Positions 1 through 7,843 of a stretch of 64,000 nucleotides of DNA are shown in pieces. Made by a program: the position numbers and the translations under genes. Under the pieces are notes generated by a model. That model searched no databases, was not told the DNA's origin, and saw only the letters and a list, made by a program, of their open reading frames with translations. How positions within the stretch are numbered: the stretch's first letter is position 1; the number at the start of each line of letters is the position of its first letter. Where the stretch lies: assembly GCF_053078305.1 (NCBI RefSeq), contig NZ_CP166879.1. One strand, written 5' to 3'.

Positions 1-382
1 TGTCATAAGTAAATATTGAAATGCTATCATCCCCGATCACTAACCGTTCTTGTAGATCAGGGTTTATGAAATCATCATTATTTCTATAAAATTCATTTAC
101 GGCAAAAAGGTTTTTAACTGAAGGTTCTGGAATCGAGAGGCTAAATAATCGTAATCCATTAACTTCGAATCCATCCATTGCTCTTAAAAAAGTAAGATAA
201 TCAGGTTGATTCTTAAAAAGAATACTAACTTCATTACATAACTTCTCCAGGCAATTAGTTGAATTAGAATTAAATTCTATTTGGATTATACTTTCAATAA
301 ATGATTCCTTGAGCGGTGCTTCAAATGGATAGTCTAAATCATTCATCATTTTTATTAATTTGTTTATTTGGGTTTTAGTCAT
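1..382 (-). CDS. Partial ORF (first ~127 codons; runs off the window start) immediately downstream of yhhZ; candidate immunity protein for the HNH toxin; positionally equivalent to yrhA
   Basis: Minus-strand ATG at 382-380 overlaps the yhhZ stop (TGATGA arrangement) and stays open to position 1 (begins MTKTQINKLIKMMNDLDYPFEAPLKESF...). AT-rich like yhhZ. Immunity role is inferred from position only. Confidence 0.5.
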   Translation of the reverse strand, partial: MTKTQINKLIKMMNDLDYPFEAPLKESFIESIIQIEFNSNSTNCLEKLCNEVSILFKNQPDYLTFLRAMDGFEVNGLRLFSLSIPEPSVKNLFAVNEFYRNNDDFINPDLQERLVIGDDSISIFTYD

Positions 383-1560
383 CATTTTGTGGGTTCCATA
401 ATATTTTTCATGGGAGGATAAATTGAGCCAGATGGAATGGCCCAGGGAGTGATTTTGCTTTCACCTACTAATATTCCCTTAGCTATTCGTGATTGCATGT
501 TAGTAAAAACTTTATGATATGGTTCGTTTTCGATTAATACTAAATTTTCGAAATCATTAGTACCACCATCATCTAGAGATAGTTTATGGTGAACATTATA
601 ATTTAGAGGAACATAGCCCTTTCTCATTCTTAAAAGGTCTTCGGTGTTGAATCTTCCAGATGCTTCGGAGGTTTTTGCAAGTTTGATAAGAAAATTTTTT
701 CTTACAGTTTTGTTAAACTCCTTTCGTAAGTTAGCTAAGTCTTTTGAAGGTCTCTTAATGTATATTATTTCTATTATGTCTATGCCATCAAGAAGTTTTT
801 GTTGACCTCTAAGTTTGCCTAAGTAACTATTTATTTCTGTATATGTATCAACTTTAGAACGCTTTGTTAAAAGAATAGATGCTGTTGCTATCGCTATGCC
901 CGCTGTTTTTTCATTTAGTATTTGATCATAGCCTTTGATTGCATCTCCACCCAGTTTTTCCGCAGTATCTCTGAAACCTTCAATGTTCCCATTGTATACG
1001 CCACCAGCAGCAAGTAGCCTGCCAACAGCTTTGCTGTTTAACGTTTTGAAACGATTATTTGTTTGGTTTTTTGAATTTGGTAAAAACAAACGGTTATAAT
1101 TTTCAGGGAGTGCCAAATAGCTGAACTCGGTATTTGCGATAAGATGTTGACAGAGGATAAATTCATAACTAACAGTTATTGTTTCTGTATCCAGTTGATT
1201 TTCAATGATCTGATGATGAATAGCCGATAAAAAAGCGCCTCTTAGTTGTATATAATAATACTTTTCCCATCTGCCAAATCTATTGATTCTATAAAAGTCA
1301 AATTCCATAAATAATTGCTCATTATTGTTAATGGAATTAATAAGTAATGGAGTGCTTTTATCAATTAATTTACAAAATGTTATACCCTGTAACTGTGAAC
1401 CAAGCCCCGTATTAGTAATGCTATTTGCGAGTGAGAATGTAAATATTTCATTCTCATGCCCGCTCTGCCAGCGATTACCTATAGATTCAGTAGTCCCACA
1501 ACCTGCGGAGATGCTTCCTTGTTGTTCTCCCGTTACTGTCAGGTAAACAATATTACTCAT
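382..1560 (-). CDS. yhhZ: Hcp-family (T6SS tube protein) N-terminal domain fused to a C-terminal HNH-type nuclease toxin domain (Hcp-ET type effector)
   Basis: 392-aa ORF. N-terminus has Hcp-like features including an FYRIN motif; C-terminus has NVHHKLSLDDGGTNDFENLVLIENEPYHK, an HNH/colicin-DNase-like His-metal finger. Length and position match my memory of K-12 yhhZ. AT-rich. Confidence 0.85.
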   Translation of the reverse strand: MSNIVYLTVTGEQQGSISAGCGTTESIGNRWQSGHENEIFTFSLANSITNTGLGSQLQGITFCKLIDKSTPLLINSINNNEQLFMEFDFYRINRFGRWEKYYYIQLRGAFLSAIHHQIIENQLDTETITVSYEFILCQHLIANTEFSYLALPENYNRLFLPNSKNQTNNRFKTLNSKAVGRLLAAGGVYNGNIEGFRDTAEKLGGDAIKGYDQILNEKTAGIAIATASILLTKRSKVDTYTEINSYLGKLRGQQKLLDGIDIIEIIYIKRPSKDLANLRKEFNKTVRKNFLIKLAKTSEASGRFNTEDLLRMRKGYVPLNYNVHHKLSLDDGGTNDFENLVLIENEPYHKVFTNMQSRIAKGILVGESKITPWAIPSGSIYPPMKNIMEPTK

Positions 1561-1760
1561 CCCTGAAAAGTCCTTTTATGGCATGCTATTTTATCAATGG
1601 CACTATTATGCTTGTTAATTGTTATTTATTTACTCCAGGAAATTGTAGGCGTATATATTAAAAAATAAAATATTACACTTTAGGAAGTAATTATGAGGTA
1701 AATCTCAATATATTTATTGGGAAAATAAATATATTAAAGGAAGGTATGCCGATTTTGAAT

Positions 1761-1790
1761 GACACCCTTTTTCCATATCAGAAAAAGGGC
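1761..1790. terminator. Inverted repeat ccctttttc / gaaaaaggg just 3' of yhhY; possible terminator
   Basis: 9-bp perfect stem with a 7-nt loop seen in the sequence; flanking U-tract is weak. Confidence 0.35.
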
Positions 1791-1796
1791 ACTATA

Positions 1797-2285
1797 TTAC
1801 TTCACCCGCGCCATATAATACGCATCGACATATTCACCATTACGTAATGCGTACTTCTTACCAGTCCCTTCAATTTCAAAGCCGTATTTTTTATAGACCT
1901 TAATTGCTGGCGCGTTATCGACGAACACCGTTAGCTCGATACGAGCTACCCGCAACCAGTTGTCGCACATTTCAATCATCTCTCGCATAAGGGCGCTGGC
2001 GACGCCGCGATTCTTCCAACGGGAGTCGACACAAATACCAAAATCGGCAACATGACTGCGGCGTGGGCGCTGTTGCACGTCAATGGTGAGGTGACCCACG
2101 ACGGTTCCATCAATACAGGCAACTAACTGTTTGATGCCGGGACGATCGGCGAGTCGCTCCTGCCACATATGATCGGAAGGATGAGGCACCTGTAGTGTGT
2201 TGCAATACACCTCCGGCTGGGCGTGAATCTGCCTGATGGCCTCGTAATCGCGCGTTTCAGCATGGCGTATCACTATCTCACTCAT
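1797..2285 (-). CDS. yhhY: GNAT-family N-acetyltransferase
   Basis: Start placed at the internal MSEIVIRHAETRDYEAIRQIHAQPEV (162 aa) rather than the longer 193-aa ORF; GNAT motif RWKNRGVASALM; synteny next to ryhB. Confidence 0.85.
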   Translation of the reverse strand: MSEIVIRHAETRDYEAIRQIHAQPEVYCNTLQVPHPSDHMWQERLADRPGIKQLVACIDGTVVGHLTIDVQQRPRRSHVADFGICVDSRWKNRGVASALMREMIEMCDNWLRVARIELTVFVDNAPAIKVYKKYGFEIEGTGKKYALRNGEYVDAYYMARVK

Positions 2286-2370
2286 TCCTTTGTCCTCTTT
2301 GGGGTAAATGTCCCTTTCAACATCATTGACTTTCGAATGCGAGTCAAATGCATTTTTTTTGCAAAAAGTG

Positions 2371-2407
2371 TTGGACAAGTGCGAATGAGAATGATTATTA
2401 TTGTCTC
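2371..2407 (+). promoter_or_regulatory. ryhB promoter with Fur box (gaatgagaatgattattattg)
   Basis: Fur-box-like AT-rich hexamer repeats directly upstream of the RyhB 5' end, overlapping a -35/-10-like ttgaca...tattat region. Confidence 0.75.
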
Positions 2408-2497
2408 GCGATCAGGAAGACCCTCGCGGAGAACCTGAAAGCACGACATTGCTCACATTGCTTCCAGTATTACTTAGCCAGCCGGGTGCTGGCTTTT
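2408..2497 (+). ncRNA. ryhB: RyhB small RNA (Fur-repressed, iron-sparing regulator)
   Basis: Sequence GCGATCAGGAAGACCCTCGCGGAGAACCTGAAAGCACGACATTGCTCACATTGCTTCCAGTATTACTTAGCCAGCCGGGTGCTGGCTTTT matches RyhB as I remember it, ending in a GC hairpin plus a run of nine T; lies between yhhY and yhhX. Confidence 0.93.
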
Positions 2498-2619
2498 TTT
2501 TTGATCTTTCGTTCTCAATTTATCCTCGGGAAGTGCTTGTGTTCGTTATGCGCACTCCAGTAGGAACCACGTCCGCTTTGCGCTAAGGTGTAAATAACCA
2601 CCTTAAAAAGGACGAAATC

Positions 2620-3657
2620 ATGGTCATCAACTGCGCCTTTATTGGCTTCGGCAAAAGCACCACCCGTTACCATCTGCCGTATGTACTTAACCGCAAGGAT
2701 AGCTGGCATGTCGCGCATATTTTTCGTCGCCATGCGAAGCCGGAAGAACAGGCTCCCATTTACTCTCATATCCATTTCACCAGCGATCTCGACGAAGTGC
2801 TAAACGATCCCGATGTTAAGCTGGTTGTGGTCTGCACCCACGCGGACAGCCATTTCGAGTACGCGAAACGCGCGCTGGAAGCCGGGAAAAATGTGCTGGT
2901 CGAAAAACCGTTCACTCCGACACTTGCGCAGGCGAAAGAGCTGTTTGCACTGGCGAAAAGCAAAGGGCTGACCGTCACGCCATATCAGAATCGTCGCTTT
3001 GATTCCTGCTTCCTGACAGCGAAAAAAGCGATTGAAAGCGGCAAGCTGGGAGAGATTGTCGAAGTGGAAAGCCATTTTGACTATTACCGCCCGGTCGCAG
3101 AAACCAAACCTGGGTTGCCGCAGGATGGCGCGTTCTATGGCCTTGGTGTGCATACGATGGACCAGATTATTTCTCTGTTCGGTCGCCCGGATCACGTCGC
3201 TTATGACATCCGCAGCCTGCGTAATAAAGCCAATCCTGACGATACTTTCGAAGCGCAACTGTTTTATGGCGATCTAAAAGCCATCGTCAAAACCAGCCAT
3301 CTGGTGAAAATCGATTATCCGAAATTTATCGTTCACGGTAAGAAAGGTTCGTTTATTAAATACGGTATCGACCAGCAGGAAACCAGCCTGAAGGCTAATA
3401 TTATGCCGGGCGAACCGGGATTCGCAGCGGATGATTCGGTCGGTGTGCTGGAGTATGTCAATGACGAGGGCGTGACGGTCAGAGAAGAGATGAAGCCGGA
3501 GATGGGCGATTACGGGCGCGTTTATGATGCGTTGTATCAAACCATCACCCACGGTGCGCCAAATTACGTCAAGGAATCTGAAGTTCTTACCAATCTGGAA
3601 ATCCTTGAACGCGGATTTGAGCAAGCCTCTCCCTCCACCGTGACTCTCGCGAAGTAA
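2620..3657 (+). CDS. yhhX: Gfo/Idh/MocA-family NAD(P)-dependent oxidoreductase
   Basis: 345-aa ORF with N-terminal Rossmann motif FIGFGKSTTRYHLP; synteny. Confidence 0.9.
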   Translation: MVINCAFIGFGKSTTRYHLPYVLNRKDSWHVAHIFRRHAKPEEQAPIYSHIHFTSDLDEVLNDPDVKLVVVCTHADSHFEYAKRALEAGKNVLVEKPFTPTLAQAKELFALAKSKGLTVTPYQNRRFDSCFLTAKKAIESGKLGEIVEVESHFDYYRPVAETKPGLPQDGAFYGLGVHTMDQIISLFGRPDHVAYDIRSLRNKANPDDTFEAQLFYGDLKAIVKTSHLVKIDYPKFIVHGKKGSFIKYGIDQQETSLKANIMPGEPGFAADDSVGVLEYVNDEGVTVREEMKPEMGDYGRVYDALYQTITHGAPNYVKESEVLTNLEILERGFEQASPSTVTLAK

Positions 3658-3779
3658 GTTTGATGGCCCCTCAAATAGTTCAATTTTTTTGAACAGAGGG
3701 GTCAATTTTCACCCTCTATCATCCCAGGCAGATCGGGTCCACACTAAGCCCATCGAAATCATTCAGGGGGCGAATACAA

Positions 3780-4475
3780 ATGATCTACTTACGCAAAGCA
3801 AATGAACGTGGTCATGCAAATCATGGCTGGCTGGACTCCTGGCATACTTTCTCTTTTGCCAACTATTACGATCCGAACTTTATGGGCTTCTCCGCGCTGC
3901 GCGTGATTAACGACGACGTGATTGAAGCAGGGCAGGGCTTCGGCACTCACCCGCATAAAGATATGGAAATTTTGACCTACGTGCTGGAAGGTACTGTTGA
4001 GCACCAGGACAGCATGGGCAATAAAGAGCAGGTTCCGGCGGGTGAGTTCCAGATTATGAGTGCGGGTACGGGTATTCGTCACTCAGAGTACAACCCAAGC
4101 AGCACCGAGCGTCTGCATCTGTATCAGATCTGGATCATGCCTGAAGAAAACGGTATTACGCCGCGTTATGAACAGCGTCGCTTCGATGCAGTGCAGGGCA
4201 AACAACTGGTGCTTTCGCCAGATGCGCGTGATGGTTCATTGAAAGTGCATCAGGATATGGAACTGTACCGCTGGGCGTTGCTGAAAGATGAGCAGTCGGT
4301 GCATCAGATTGCCGCTGAACGCCGCGTCTGGATCCAGGTGGTGAAAGGCAATGTCACCATTAACGGCGTGAAAGCCTCGATCAGCGATGGTCTGGCAATC
4401 TGGGATGAGCAGGCAATCTCCATCCATGCGGATAGCGACAGCGAAGTGTTACTGTTCGATCTGCCGCCGGTTTAA
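3780..4475 (+). CDS. yhhW: Pirin-like cupin (quercetin 2,3-dioxygenase)
   Basis: 231-aa ORF with cupin His motif GFGTHPHKDMEILTYVLEG; synteny upstream of gntR. Confidence 0.9.
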   Translation: MIYLRKANERGHANHGWLDSWHTFSFANYYDPNFMGFSALRVINDDVIEAGQGFGTHPHKDMEILTYVLEGTVEHQDSMGNKEQVPAGEFQIMSAGTGIRHSEYNPSSTERLHLYQIWIMPEENGITPRYEQRRFDAVQGKQLVLSPDARDGSLKVHQDMELYRWALLKDEQSVHQIAAERRVWIQVVKGNVTINGVKASISDGLAIWDEQAISIHADSDSEVLLFDLPPV

Positions 4476-4698
4476 AACTCAACGGCATCTTTGAAGCCTG
4501 CCTTTTTGCAGGCTTCCTCGCTCGCTCCGGTCGCGTGCTGATGTACGCTTCCGGGGTTTTGCCGCGTCGTTAGCACAATGCGATGCAATTGATTTAGTGT
4601 ATATCTAATAATTGTAAACAAGCACTGTTTTCCCCGGGAAGGTTCTGATGCGTCCGTGTTAAACTAAGAGAATCTATCTCTTTTGTACCTTCAGGACG

Positions 4699-5694
4699 AT
4701 GAAAAAGAAAAGACCCGTACTTCAGGATGTGGCTGACCGTGTAGGCGTGACCAAAATGACGGTCAGCCGTTTTTTACGCAACCCGGAGCAGGTTTCCGTC
4801 GCTCTACGCGGCAAGATTGCCGCGGCTCTTGATGAACTGGGCTATATTCCCAATCGTGCGCCCGATATCCTCTCTAACGCCACCAGCCGGGCGATTGGCG
4901 TCCTGTTACCTTCTCTCACCAACCAGGTTTTCGCGGAAGTATTACGCGGAATCGAAAGCGTCACCGACGCGCACGGTTATCAGACCATGCTGGCCCACTA
5001 CGGTTATAAACCGGAAATGGAGCAAGAACGTCTCGAATCAATGCTCTCATGGAATATCGACGGACTTATCCTCACCGAACGTACCCACACGCCGCGCACC
5101 TTAAAGATGATTGAAGTGGCGGGGATTCCCGTGGTGGAACTGATGGACAGCAAGTCGCCATGCCTCGATATTGCCGTCGGTTTTGATAACTTTGAAGCGG
5201 CACGCCAGATGACCGCCGCCATTATTGCTCGCGGGCATCGCCATATTGCCTATCTCGGCGCACGTCTCGACGAACGTACTATCATCAAACAGAAGGGATA
5301 CGAACAGGCGATGCGGGATGCAGGCCTGGTGCCGTATAGCGTGATGGTTGAGCAATCTTCTTCTTACTCTTCCGGTATTGAACTGATTCGCCAGGCGCGG
5401 CGGGAATATCCGCAGCTGGATGGCGTGTTCTGTACTAATGATGATCTGGCGGTCGGCGCGGCGTTTGAATGTCAGCGTCTGGGGTTAAAAGTTCCTGACG
5501 ATATGGCGATTGCCGGTTTCCACGGTCATGACATTGGTCAGGTGATGGAGCCACGACTTGCGAGCGTGCTGACGCCGCGTGAGCGGATGGGCAGTATTGG
5601 CGCTGAACGCCTTCTGGCGCGTATTCGTGGCGAATCTGTGACACCGAAAATGTTAGATTTAGGTTTCACCTTGTCACCGGGCGGATCTATTTAA
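4699..5694 (+). CDS. gntR: LacI-family transcriptional repressor of gluconate genes
   Basis: 331-aa ORF; N-terminal HTH (VTKMTVSRFL) and periplasmic-binding-fold C-terminus; directly upstream of gntK-gntU. Confidence 0.93.
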   Translation: MKKKRPVLQDVADRVGVTKMTVSRFLRNPEQVSVALRGKIAAALDELGYIPNRAPDILSNATSRAIGVLLPSLTNQVFAEVLRGIESVTDAHGYQTMLAHYGYKPEMEQERLESMLSWNIDGLILTERTHTPRTLKMIEVAGIPVVELMDSKSPCLDIAVGFDNFEAARQMTAAIIARGHRHIAYLGARLDERTIIKQKGYEQAMRDAGLVPYSVMVEQSSSYSSGIELIRQARREYPQLDGVFCTNDDLAVGAAFECQRLGLKVPDDMAIAGFHGHDIGQVMEPRLASVLTPRERMGSIGAERLLARIRGESVTPKMLDLGFTLSPGGSI

Positions 5695-5772
5695 GCCCAC
5701 AAATTTGAAGTAGCTCACACTTATACACTTAAGGCACGGATGGATATTGCTTCTGATATTGTCCGGCCGGAG

Positions 5773-5803
5773 AATGTTACCGATAACAGTTACCCGTAAC
5801 ATT
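5773..5803 (+). promoter_or_regulatory. GntR operator pair in the gntKU promoter (aatgttaccgataacagttacccgtaacatt)
   Basis: Two inverted ATGTTACCC...GGGTAACAT-like half-sites; the same motif recurs upstream of gntT at 43925-43946. Confidence 0.7.
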
Positions 5804-5832
5804 TTTAATTCTTGTATTGTGGGGGCACCACT

Positions 5833-6360
5833 TTGAGCACGACTAACCATGATCACCACATTTACGTCTTGATGGGCGTATCGGGCAGCGGCAAATCTGC
5901 GGTCGCAAGTGAAGTGGCGCATCAACTTCATGCCGCGTTTCTTGATGGCGATTTCCTCCATCCACGGCGCAATATCGAAAAAATGGCGTCTGGCGAACCG
6001 CTGAATGACAACGATCGCAAACCGTGGTTGCAGGCGCTGAACGACGCCGCGTTTGCTATGCAGCGCACTAATAAAGTGTCGCTGATCGTCTGTTCTGCAT
6101 TGAAAAAACACTATCGCGACTTGCTGCGTGAAGGTAATCCGAATCTCTCTTTCATCTACCTGAAAGGCGATTTTGATGTGATTGAAAGCCGCCTGAAAGC
6201 GCGCAAAGGCCATTTCTTTAAAACCCAAATGTTGGTGACGCAGTTTGAAACGCTGCAGGAGCCGGGTGCGGACGAAACCGATGTACTGGTGGTGGATATC
6301 GATCAACCGCTGGAAGGTGTTGTGGCAAGCACCATTGAGGTTATTAAAAAAGGCAAATAA
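5833..6360 (+). CDS. gntK: Gluconokinase (thermoresistant)
   Basis: P-loop GVSGSGKS; start placed at the TTG giving MSTTNHDHHIYVLMG (175 aa), not the upstream in-frame ATG of the ORF track. Confidence 0.88.
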   Translation: MSTTNHDHHIYVLMGVSGSGKSAVASEVAHQLHAAFLDGDFLHPRRNIEKMASGEPLNDNDRKPWLQALNDAAFAMQRTNKVSLIVCSALKKHYRDLLREGNPNLSFIYLKGDFDVIESRLKARKGHFFKTQMLVTQFETLQEPGADETDVLVVDIDQPLEGVVASTIEVIKKGK

Positions 6361-6363
6361 GTA

Positions 6364-7704
6364 GTGACTACATTAACGCTTGTTTTAACAGCAGTAGGGT
6401 CTGTTTTACTGCTGCTGTTTTTAGTCATGAAGGCGCGTATGCACGCTTTCCTGGCTTTAATGGTGGTGTCCATGGGGGCTGGCCTTTTTTCCGGTATGCC
6501 GCTCGATAAAATCGCAGCGACGATGGAAAAAGGGATGGGAGGCACCCTCGGCTTCCTGGCGGTGGTTGTCGCCCTGGGAGCTATGTTTGGCAAGATCTTA
6601 CATGAAACCGGCGCAGTCGATCAGATTGCCGTCAAAATGCTTAAATCCTTCGGTCACAGCCGCGCGCATTATGCCATCGGCCTTGCGGGGCTGGTCTGTG
6701 CGCTACCGCTGTTCTTTGAAGTGGCGATTGTTCTGCTGATTAGCGTTGCTTTCTCAATGGCGCGCCACACCGGTACGAACCTGGTGAAGCTGGTAATCCC
6801 ATTATTCGCAGGCGTGGCGGCAGCGGCGGCGTTCCTGGTGCCAGGGCCAGCGCCAATGCTGCTGGCATCGCAGATGAACGCCGATTTTGGCTGGATGATC
6901 CTGATTGGCCTGTGTGCGGCAATTCCGGGAATGATTATTGCCGGGCCGCTGTGGGGTAACTTCATCAGCCGTTACGTTGAGCTGCATATTCCTGACGACA
7001 TCAGCGAGCCGCATCTCGGCGAAGGCAAAATGCCGTCCTTCGGATTCAGCCTGTCGCTGATCCTGCTGCCGCTGGTGCTGGTGGGGCTGAAAACCATTGC
7101 CGCGCGTTTTGTGCCGGAAGGCTCTACCGCTTACGAATGGTTCGAGTTTATTGGTCATCCGTTTACCGCGATTCTGGTTGCTTGTCTGGTAGCGATTTAT
7201 GGCCTGGCAATGCGTCAGGGCATGCCAAAAGACAAAGTGATGGAGATTTGCGGTCACGCGCTGCAACCGGCGGGGATCATTCTGCTGGTGATTGGTGCGG
7301 GCGGCGTGTTCAAACAGGTGCTGGTTGACTCTGGCGTAGGTCCGGCACTGGGCGAAGCGTTAACCGGCATGGGCCTGCCGATTGCTATCACCTGCTTCGT
7401 GCTGGCAGCTGCAGTGCGCATCATTCAGGGGTCTGCCACCGTTGCCTGTTTAACGGCGGTGGGGCTGGTGATGCCGGTCATTGAACAACTGAACTACTCC
7501 GGTGCGCAAATGGCGGCGCTGTCGATTTGTATCGCCGGTGGTTCGATTGTTGTCAGCCACGTTAACGACGCCGGTTTCTGGTTGTTCGGTAAATTTACCG
7601 GCGCGACCGAAGCCGAAACGCTGAAAACCTGGACCATGATGGAAACCATCCTCGGCACTGTTGGTGCCATCGTTGGGATGATTGCGTTCCAGCTGTTGAG
7701 TTAA
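6364..7704 (+). CDS. gntU: Low-affinity gluconate:H+ symporter (GntP family)
   Basis: 446-aa polytopic membrane protein; strongly similar to gntT (42454..43770) in the same window; 3 nt after gntK. Confidence 0.92.
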   Translation: MTTLTLVLTAVGSVLLLLFLVMKARMHAFLALMVVSMGAGLFSGMPLDKIAATMEKGMGGTLGFLAVVVALGAMFGKILHETGAVDQIAVKMLKSFGHSRAHYAIGLAGLVCALPLFFEVAIVLLISVAFSMARHTGTNLVKLVIPLFAGVAAAAAFLVPGPAPMLLASQMNADFGWMILIGLCAAIPGMIIAGPLWGNFISRYVELHIPDDISEPHLGEGKMPSFGFSLSLILLPLVLVGLKTIAARFVPEGSTAYEWFEFIGHPFTAILVACLVAIYGLAMRQGMPKDKVMEICGHALQPAGIILLVIGAGGVFKQVLVDSGVGPALGEALTGMGLPIAITCFVLAAAVRIIQGSATVACLTAVGLVMPVIEQLNYSGAQMAALSICIAGGSIVVSHVNDAGFWLFGKFTGATEAETLKTWTMMETILGTVGAIVGMIAFQLLS

Positions 7705-7717
7705 TTACTGCGACAAA

Positions 7718-7759
7718 TTACTGCGAGCTTGCTCGCAGTAATTCATTTCTCTTTTCTCC
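7718..7759 (+). terminator. Rho-independent terminator-like hairpin after gntU
   Basis: Arms ttactgcgagc / gctcgcagtaa around a tt centre, followed by the U-rich ttcatttctcttttctcc. Confidence 0.55.
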
Positions 7760-7843
7760 TCTCTTCATCTTTTTGATCTCTCTCGCAAATTTACCTGCAA
7801 ATAATCCGTTCTAATCACTGCCTAAAGATCGCAGGAGATAAAG

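Noticed and set aside
1325-1546. 73-aa plus-strand ORF overlapping yhhZ
   Set aside because: Fully nested opposite the Hcp-HNH gene; no ribosome-binding site; treated as a chance ORF.
4490-4520. Hairpin gaagcctgc-ctttt-gcaggcttc after yhhW as a Rho-independent terminator
   Set aside because: Good stem but no following U-tract; left unannotated as uncertain.
5674-6306. 210-aa minus-strand ORF antisense to gntK, and similar antisense ORFs inside glpD, gntT, yhgF, envZ, pck and hslO
   Set aside because: All sit opposite confidently identified genes and lack family-like sequence features.
7718-7741. Palindrome ttactgcgagc-tt-gctcgcagtaa considered as an attachment or recombination site for the inserted module
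   Set aside because: Followed by a U-rich tract directly after the gntU stop, so most simply the gntU terminator; no integrase or second matching site found. Kept only as a low-interest junction note.
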